This document shows positions 51,993 to 64,000 of a stretch of 64,000 nt of DNA, one piece after another. The position numbers were made by a program, and so were the translations under genes. Position 1 is the first letter of the stretch, and each line of letters opens with the position of its first letter. The stretch lies in the NCBI GenBank assembly GCA_964016885.1, contig OZ024742.1, forward strand, positions 131,192,001-131,256,000, read 5' to 3'. The notes beneath the pieces were generated by a model. The model saw nothing but the letters and a program-made list of their open reading frames with translations. It was not told where the DNA came from and did no database searches. Source of the stretch: Eledone cirrhosa (taxonomy: Eukaryota).

Positions 51993-52495
51993 TCCCATTC
52001 GACCTCCGACCAGCGGCATGACATATCAAATAACTCGTACATCTATTTATTCACTTCCAATATGTTCTGCTTTCTTTGAAAAGAAATTGTTACGATAAAA
52101 CCACGTTTTTATCACACGTAACGTTGGGCTTTGAAGTCTCTTAAAATATATCACAATGCTTCTAAAATTTCCCTTTAAAAGATGAAAAGAATTTAAATAT
52201 CCAAACAGCATCAAAGACAGAGGAAGAGGTATATTCCGGCTTCTAACTCCAAATCTAATTCCTTCGCTCTTGGTCTATGGTGAAAGATCGTGAGGGTGAT
52301 AGCCTGTTAAATTCACGGGGATCATGAATACAGTTATTACTGATTTCTACTACTACTGCTATCCCATTTGACCCCTGACACACTGCCCAGTGACAGTAGA
52401 TAGTAAATCATCACCTCATTCCTACAACTATTTCTTCAGTTCCAATATCTTCTGGTTTCTTTAGATCGGAAATTGAAAATAAAACAATTTTATCA

Positions 52496-52582
<87 letters not shown>

Positions 52583-52726
52583 TATATACAGACACACACT
52601 CATACAAACACGCACACGCACGCACACACACCCATACATATATGTATATATCTATATCTGTATGTTAAGTATTTCCGAAGAAATAGCAAAGGAAAAGAGA
52701 GTGCTCTATGTATAATAGAGAGCTAT

Positions 52727-52892
52727 TTAACTAGAAAATAAACAACACAATATATAACTACTCCATTACCCTAGAAAACATTAACATTTCATCTGATGAG
52801 CGACCTAGACCTAGACGTATGCTAATATTGTGTAGGGTCCTGAAACCTTTGGTAATCGCGTAGTTATATTGTGTTGTTTACTTTCTAATTAA
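52727..52892 (+). repeat. Small fold-back unit enclosing a decayed hammerhead (CUGAUGA 52793-52799 ... GAAA-CC(UUU)GG-UA 52842-52854)
   Basis: ~40-bp inverted arms. Stem III and the GUA triplet are intact; stem I is poor. Confidence 0.5.
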
Positions 52893-53130
52893 ACACACAC
52901 ACACACACACACATACACACACATATATATATACACACATATAGTCTCTTATTATTTTTCTGTGTGCGCAGCTATAGTTAAGTGTGTTTACATCCCGTAG
53001 CCCATTCGTATCTTTCCTAAACTTTCTAATTATTAAAACGGTAGTTAGTTATATTGATAAGCGTCAAATACAGGCTGCGTTTTAGCAACGTTTATACACT
53101 AACACACATCCACAAATATATATTATATGA

Positions 53131-53706
53131 TGGTTGACTTTGCCTTTCATCCTTACGGGGTCGATAAAATAAAGTACCAGTAATGCACTGGGTAATTGCT
53201 GGCCTTGTGCCTAAAGTAGAAACAATTATATTACAGAGATTATTCTCTGTTGCAATTTCGAATCTCGAGGATTCCTACTGATCAGGAAATAGAGTAATGT
53301 CAGTAAGATATTAAATAAATAATTGTTTCTACTTTTGGCACAAGGCAAGCAATTACCCAATACATTACTGGTACTTTATTTTATCGACCCCATAAGGTTG
53401 AAAGTCAAGGTTAACCTAGGTGGGATTTGAACTCAGACCTTAAAGGGGCGTAACTCTGTGCTAAAAATCATGGCATCCGCCCCTCTAACGATACTGCCGA
53501 TCCATCTGCAGTAATAATTGTTTCTACTTTTGGCACAAGGCCAGCAATTACCCAATACATTACTGGTACTTTATTTTATCGACCCCATAAGGATGAAAGT
53601 CAAGGTTAACCTAGGTGGGATTTGAACTCAGACCTTAAAGGGGATTAACTCTGTGCTAAAAATAATGGCGTCCGCCCCTCTAACGATACTGCCAATCCAC
53701 CGCCCT
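53131..53706. mobile_element. SINE family 1: + fragment (53131-53227) and a tandem duplicated - pair (53320-53505, 53516-53706)
   Basis: The two - copies share private variants (AAAGTCAAGGTTAACCTAGGT), indicating local duplication. Confidence 0.85.
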
Positions 53707-54268
53707 TAAAATATTAAATATATAATATTCTCCACTTTGGTATTGAATACGTATCTTCGCTTTTGTAAACGGTATTTTTAAGAATCGTTGAGAGAATTAT
53801 AAATTTCGAATGTATCTTAGCATATATTTAACTGCTTCACCGCAGAGTTTTGACTATGAGAAATAGTCGAACATATTGGGCATATAAGACCATAGAGACA
53901 GAAAACGTTGACAACTCCGCCATTGTAATCCAACTTCACACCTGTCGTATGTCGTACTCCTACGCTACTGATTACTCTAAAGTTGGCCGACAAATATTTA
54001 TGTCTTCTATTGTCCGAAACGTTAAGACTCTTTTCCTTCATTTCAAGCGTTAAATTGGAGTAGTTAGCTTTGATAAGTACCAAAAACTACGAAACAGAGC
54101 TCTGCTAGCTTTATCTCCCCTGTTTGCTGAAAATTTAAAGTAAGTGAGACTGTCACTACTCTAAAACAATAGCGTAAGGTCTACGAAATGCTTTTAATTA
54201 AGCATACAGTGTATTGCAAAATACACTATATAAACATTCATATATATATCGCTATTTCAGAGCACAAA

Positions 54269-54335
<67 letters not shown>

Positions 54336-54421
54336 GTAGGTCCCGGGTTGAGTCGGGGATAACCACAATAAGTAAGGTACTCAATACATGGCAGACTAAA
54401 CATTTTTTATTTTATAGAAGG

Positions 54422-54472
54422 AGCTTCTACAGGACTAGAACTGTTTCATTCAGATGAAATCTTCAGGAAGCT
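54422..54472 (-). ncRNA. Type I hammerhead (minus strand of the palindrome)
   Basis: AGCUUC-CUGAAGA-UUUCAUCUGAAU-GAAA-CAG(UUCUAGUC)CUG-UA-GAAGCU. Confidence 0.78.
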
Positions 54473-54519
54473 TCCTGAAGATTTCATCTGAATGAAACAG
54501 TACTAGTCCTGTAGAAGCT
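54469..54519 (+). ncRNA. Type I hammerhead (plus strand of the palindrome)
   Basis: AGCUUC-CUGAAGA-UUUCAUCUGAAU-GAAA-CAG(UACUAGUC)CUG-UA-GAAGCU: 6-bp stem I, 4-bp stem III, GUA triplet. Confidence 0.78.
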
Positions 54520-54533
54520 CCTTCTATATATAA

Positions 54534-54595
<62 letters not shown>

Positions 54596-54712
54596 GTATA
54601 TATATATCTTGAATTTATATATCGTCATATGTATATATATATATACATTTTCGCTCTACATGGCTGGCTGAATATAATAAATGTAATCTGAGTTTTTTCG
54701 AATATTACTAAT

Positions 54713-54936
54713 AACATTCGATTCGTTTGCAATTATGCAAACAAGGCTCATTTTTCAATAGCTCTGACATTTGACAGGTGAAAAGTGAGCTGTACTGATG
54801 AAGGGTGATACTCAGAAGGATTAGTGCCCGCAGTTCTGTTTACATGCCAACACAAGAGCAAGAATGATGGATTCATTCTACTGACATGGCTTTAAAAATA
54901 AGGCTTATTTACATAATTGCAAACGAATCGAGTGTT
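54713..54936. repeat. Fold-back unit (~50-bp arms) enclosing a decayed hammerhead-like core (54791-54844)
   Basis: AACATTCGATTCGTTTGCAATTATG... is inverted against ...CATAATTGCAAACGAATCGAGTGTT. Inside is UGUA-CUGAUGA-AGGG..CCC-GCAG..UACA (GAAA lost). Confidence 0.55.
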
Positions 54937-55920
54937 CAAGCCCTGCCGAGGTCAACTTTTCCTTTCATCCTTACGGGGTCGATAAAATAAAGTACCAGTA
55001 ATGCACTGGGTATTTATTGGCCTTGTGCCAAAAGTAGAAACAATTATTAATATTCGAAAAACTAAGATTATATTTATATATATATATATATATACTCCTC
55101 TACTGCTGGTATGCCTTGACCCTCTGACCACTTCTCCGCACACACAACCACACAGTCCTCTCCACCTATCATTCTCCTCTACCCTCATCCTGCCTTGATC
55201 CTCTTACTACTTCCTGTTGCGCGCACACCCCACATCTCCCCTCTTCCGACTACCACAACCACGGATTACACACCATTGGCCATCGTTCCCACTATCTACT
55301 CCATAATATGGAAAATATCCGGCACTCTTCACACCCTCTACGGAACTACCTTAGGAACTTACCCACGGACATACACTCACAAAAATCTTTTTCGAACCAC
55401 GCTCCCTACATCCACAAAACGTATAAACTCCACACACACGTGCGTTCCCCCACATCTATACACACTCAGCCTCCGGAACTCCCACACGTAACCCCTCCCC
55501 ATCCACACGCACACACACACCTTTTCATGAACATAGAACCTCGTTCTTCCCCCAACTCTCACATTCACACACACACACACGTATAACTACACACATACAC
55601 CACCTTCAGCCCTCCCCGCTCGGACACCTAACCTCCCCCCACTCCATCCGCCCCCCCCCCCTACACGCCCCACACCCTTCCACCACTTGTTTATCTTCAT
55701 GTTTATTTTTTTTTTATTTTTTTTTTATTTGCACCCCTTCCACCGTTCCCCCCTTTTTTCTAAATGTCTCTCCTCCACTCCCCTACACACCCTCGGAACT
55801 CTCCTCCCACCCTCTTTTCGCCTGAAGGAGGGCCTATGCCCGAAACGCCCCCCCCACTCTCAAGAGCTTAAAACTAATAAACCTTTGTTCGTACTGCTTC
55901 TCTGTTTTGTTCACGTTCCA

Positions 55921-56051
<131 letters not shown>

Positions 56052-56481
56052 AGCAGCAGCGAGAGTTGCTAAGATTAGTGCGTTGTACAATACTAGCGTA
56101 CAAGTTGCGTTTATTTTCGTTTCGTTTGACTTTGGATTTCGTTACTTACGAGGACTACAAAATACATAAGCATACAATATTCCAGAAGAGATGTAATTGA
56201 CTATACCACTATACGTGTTGCACCAGCTTCAAAGCAGCCCAGTGCCTGGAACCAGGAAAAGAATGAAAGAATTAAGGAATAGCTGTTCCTGCTGTTGGTA
56301 TTGTGATGGGTTGAAATGCAAGTTAATGAGATTAATTGATACAGAAGCAAACTATATCAATGAAGCGTCTTATTTGAACCCCTACTTACTAACACACACC
56401 AGTTGATCTCATGCATCAGCACAGATCAAGAAAACTCTGCCGACTTAGCGAAATGTGTTAACGTACGCATTCATCTAGAAA

Positions 56482-57540
56482 GATTACCAACAGTAAATGT
56501 TGCTTCAAAAATTAAGAATGATTACCAACAGTAAATGTTGCTTCAAAAATTAAGAACGATTACCAATAGTAAATGTTGCTTCAAAAATTAAGAACGATTA
56601 CCAACAGTTAATGTTGCTTCAAAAATTAAGAATGATTACCAACAGTAAATGTTGCTTCAAAAATTAAGAATGATTACCAACAGTAAATGTTGCTTCAAAA
56701 ATTAAGAATGATTACCAACACTAAATGTTGCTTCAAAAATTAAGAACGATTACCAACAGTATATGTTGCTTGAAAAGTTAAGAACGATTACCAACAGTAT
56801 ATGTTGCTTCAAACATTAAGAACGATTACCAACAGTACATGTTGCTTGAAACGTTAAGAACGATTACCAACAGTATATGTTGCTTGAAAAGTTAAGAACG
56901 ATTACCAACAGTAAATGTTGCTTCAAAAATTAAGAACGGTTACCAACAGTATATGTTGCTTGAAAAGTTAAGAACGATTACCAACAGTATATGTTGCTTC
57001 AAACATTAAGAACGATTACCAACAGTATATGTTGCTTGAAAAGTTAAGAACGATTACCAACAGTATATGTTGCTTGAAAAGTTAAGAACGATTACCAACA
57101 GTAAATGTTGCTTCAAAAATTAAGAACGATTACCAACAGTTAATGTTGCTTCAAAAATTAAGAATGATTACCAACAGTAAATGTTGCTTCAAAAATTAAG
57201 AACGATTACCAACAGTATATGTTGCTTGAAAAATTAAGAACGATTACCAACAGTAAATGTTGCTTCAAAAATTAAGAACGATTACCAACAGTATATGTTG
57301 CTTGAAAAGTTAAGAACGATTACCAACAGTATATGTTGCTTGAAAAGTTAAGAACGATTACCAACAGTATATGTTGCTTGAAAAGTTAAGAACGATTACC
57401 AACAGTATATGTTGCTTGAAAAGTTAAGAACGATTACCAACAGTATATGTTGCTTGAAAAGTTAAGAACGATTACCAACAGTATATGTTGCTTGAAAAGT
57501 TAAGAACGATTACCAACAGTATATGTTGCTTCAAAAATCA
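56482..57540. repeat. 38-bp minisatellite, ~28 copies (GATTACCAACAGTA[A/T]ATGTTGCTT[C/G]AAAA[A/G]TTAAGAA[C/T])
   Basis: Head-to-tail units without spacers, with an internal CAACA/TGTTG inverted pentamer. Confidence 0.95.
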
Positions 57541-58107
57541 AGAAAAACAAGCTTCAGGTAAGAGACAAGGGAAATATATATAAGGTGAATTCCATCCTCA
57601 GTGTGGAGACAACTGTTCCGCTATTTCGTTGTCAATAACACAATGAAATGAAATAGATAAGAGGCTGTGATGAGGACTGAAATATAAGTGTCTGGCGGAA
57701 CCACCGAATATTGGTCACGTTTACATGTATTCTGTCTGTCTGTCTCTCAGGGTCACTTCTCCCTCTAGGCACATGTGCGCAAACACATACGCACACAGAC
57801 ATCAGACACACATATTTTACAATAGAATACACCCAGTAGAATCCTTTAACAGGGTATAAATATATATAAATATATATATAAATAAATATATATATACATA
57901 AACACTTACACACATAAGTGTATACATATGTATATATATATATATATTAGAGAGTTAAACAAGATTCAATGAATACATCAAAGAATGAGTTTTACAGTAG
58001 ATTGAAAGCACTCTATAGAAAGATATTTTCCAGAGTTATTAATATTAAATTCAAATATTAATAAAATCTTAACCATTTAACATGTCAGGGTATGTCATGT
58101 ATCATTT

Positions 58108-58175
58108 TATTTTATCTGACGAGGACGTACTATTGAAATTGATTCAAGTACCTCTGAAATATGTATAATAAAATA
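58108..58175 (+). ncRNA. Minimal type I hammerhead inside a small fold-back unit (58038-58223)
   Basis: UAUUUUAU-CUGACGA-GGACGUAC.UUGAA..UUCAA-GUACCUCU-GAAA-UAUGUA-UA-AUAAAAUA: 8-bp stem I, AUA triplet, flanked by a ~28-bp inverted repeat. Confidence 0.75.
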
Positions 58176-58484
58176 TAATTGATCACAAGAACATCTATTT
58201 TATTAATATTTGAATTTAATATATATATATATATATACATATATATGTATTGGAATTTTGTATTTCAGAAGAAATACGGTGTGTTTAAAATAAACATTAG
58301 AGAGAGGTAACTATGCCAAAACAGCAGTCGGCAATAGTCGCTGATGTTTCGCCATAGCTCTCTAAATTTGAAACACACCGTATTTCTTCGAAATTGCAAT
58401 ACATATCTGTATACAACTATGCCCGAAGCTAAATGGCAATCCTCTCTCTCGCTCTCTCTCTCTCTATATACATACATATACACT

Positions 58485-59174
58485 TACACACATAAGTGTA
58501 CACATACGTAAATATATATTATATACATACATGTATGCATATTTTTAGACGCATACGACCACATACGCACATACACACACGTACGCATACACATGCTTAA
58601 ACATCCCACATTGATGAACAAGAACCCAGAAACACTTAATCATACATACCACATAAATAATACAGTTAAGCAGCTAGCTAGATACATAAGATAGGTTGAG
58701 GTCCAAATAGAAATACAATCATGTAATTTAGAAAATGGTTTTCTCTTACCATCAATCAGAAAGAGGTTCCTTGGCTCTGACAACCGTTTGACAGATAAAC
58801 TTCGATATTGTCAGATGTAAAGTAAATGAATAAGTATTTCTGTTGTTCGATTAACTGAGACTACCCACTCATTGAATGTTAGTGCAAGTGACATTTAGTA
58901 TTCCACTGGGACTTGTAGATATTAACGCAAGAAAAAAAAAAAAAATACGGAAAAGGCCTTTAACTGTTGAAAGAGTTTTAGGGGCGCCTTCCTGACATCC
59001 GACATGTCTCGGACAGTTTGCAGCTTGCGGAGCCCAGCATTCTCAATGTCTGATCAGTATCGATTTCTTCCAGAGGAAGAGAGATAGCTAGAGATAGAGA
59101 TAGAAATAGATTGCTCGATAGATAGATAGATAGATTGATAAAGAGAGAGGTATACAGAGAGTTAGAGATTGATT

Positions 59175-59224
<50 letters not shown>

Positions 59225-59225
59225 G

Positions 59226-59268
<43 letters not shown>

Positions 59269-59540
59269 TATATATATACAAGTGGAAGCTTAGTAAAATC
59301 GAAGCGTTGGCTGTGGCCAAGCAAAGTCGACCTACAATAAGGAATGAATAGCAAAGCACTCAATAAGGGTGGGTCCTTTGAGTAATAACATTACGTTTAA
59401 AAGCTTGGCAAATTGAAAAAAACCCAACCATACAATACCAAAAACAACGAAAGAACTAATCAGGTAATATATATATATACATACATACATATGTATAATA
59501 TATATATATATATACATATACACATAAGTGTATACATACG

Positions 59541-59604
<64 letters not shown>

Positions 59605-59789
59605 ATACATATATATATATACATACATGTATGCATATTTTTAGATGCATACGACCACATACGCACATACACACAGGGACGCATACACATACTTACACAT
59701 CCCACATTGACGAACAAGAACCCAGAAACACTTAATCATACATACCACATAAATAATACAGTTAAGCAGTTAGCTAGATACATAAGATG

Positions 59790-59790
<1 letters not shown>
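58485..59790. repeat. Local ~210-bp direct duplication (approx. 58485-58692 and 59518-59788)
   Basis: Shared CATACGACCACATACGCAC...GAACCCAGAAACACTTAATC...CTAGATACATAAGAT. Confidence 0.85.
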
Positions 59791-59829
<39 letters not shown>

Positions 59830-59854
59830 ATGTATGTATATATATATATATGAA

Positions 59855-59911
<57 letters not shown>

Positions 59912-60999
59912 CGATAGAGAGAGATAAAGTGGATATGTGATAATAAAGAAAATATAGAAAGTATCTGTCCCAGTATTAGAATGGTACTTAATTTATCGAC
60001 CGCGAAAAGATGACATACAAAGTTGATTACGGCAGGACTTGAACTTAGAGACGAAACAAATAGCGAGGTATTTAATCTGCCACCTTAAAACATTTTCAAA
60101 TTCATCATCTTTATTAACACAATACAGATTAGGAATCAGATCATCATAATGCTATGAGTGACGGGCATGGGTCGCTAGAAATATAGGCACAGTTCATTCG
60201 ATGGTCTTCTATATACTTTTGAACATACAAAAACTTCAGGCTGTCAGTAAGCTGTACCATGTAATTGGACATTTACAAGTTAGCATGTGATTTACCTGCG
60301 AATTTAAAGTACAGCGGTCAACATAAATAAAAAAAAATATATCACTAAACACTAGCCCTAACCGTAAGCTGATAGGCAGGGGAGGTAATTACACAGTGTA
60401 GGCCGCATACTAATGTAGTCCCAGTTTCACTTACACAGACCTGTAACTCTCCCCGTCCGACGGGGAAATCTTCCATCCACTTTGGGTGGGTGAGAGATGT
60501 CTTCTTTTGTGAAAATTCGCATAGCTTTCATTATGTAAAATCTCCCCATTTAGCCTCATTTCTCCCCGTTTTGGGGCACTTTTTTTCATGGTACCTCTCG
60601 TTTAGTATTTTAGAATTTGGCAGATCTGTTTACAAGGCTTGGATCGGCCGTAGATTATGCTAGAAGATACTTTCCAAAAATATCTTACAGATAGTTCGAG
60701 CCCTAGATAAAAAGATTACGAAACGAACTTCTAAACTCTTTGGCCAAGGACGATATAATGTGATTATTACTCACACACACAAATATATGTATACAAACAT
60801 ATAGAAGAGTAAACAGACACAGGCATACACAGAGATACACAAAGATATATTCACAAATACATAGCTGCACACTTATATAACACATAACGTCGTTCACCAA
60901 ATAACGGAAAGCAAAGACATTCTTGTTAAGAACGCCATCCCTACCCGCACATTCTTAAATACATATACAAAGATAAATACACACAATTTATGTATATGA

Positions 61000-64000
<3,001 letters not shown>

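Larger units (their letters stand above)
54335..54540. mobile_element. HHR mini-element in (TA)n with a spacer-less palindrome (54413-54528)
   Basis: The palindrome is centred on GAAG|CTTC at 54470/54471, with (TA)n on both sides. Confidence 0.85.

Noticed and set aside
53817-54083. 88-aa minus-strand ORF in non-repetitive sequence
   Set aside because: It has no recognisable domain or convincing splice sites and cannot be supported without a homology search.
56482-57540. CRISPR-like array (38-bp repeat with an internal palindrome)
   Set aside because: The units are head-to-tail with no unique spacers, there are no cas genes, and the context is eukaryotic.

Overview
Eukaryotic, very AT-rich, microsatellite-saturated non-genic or intronic DNA. 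The repeat spectrum suggests a coleoid cephalopod such as an octopus (inference). No confidently identifiable host gene was found; there is one candidate coding exon near 49.5 kb. The window is a graveyard and hot-spot of mobile elements. It holds (i) several Penelope-like retroelements (PLEs), including two with a CxCx5C linker resembling the Hydra clade, one of them full-length and bracketed by ~1 kb inverted repeats; (ii) two R4/Dong-type REL-endonuclease LINE families, one in (TAA)n and one, in both copies, in (CATA)n; (iii) an RTE fragment, an IR/DR Tc1, a maT/mariner-like fragment and a Helitron-like element with a 110/220-bp array; (iv) more than 20 tRNA-derived SINE copies and several minisatellites. 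The most striking signal is a dense set of type I hammerhead ribozyme (HHR) motifs read by eye: about 14 well-formed and several decayed, from at least 6-7 sequence families. Most sit in short ORF-less fold-back units inserted in (TA)n. They include unusual cores: CAGAAGA (U4A), identical in 3 copies; UUGAGAA (U3-A8); and a spacer-less palindrome encoding a hammerhead on both strands. All structures were paired manually and none was tested computationally.
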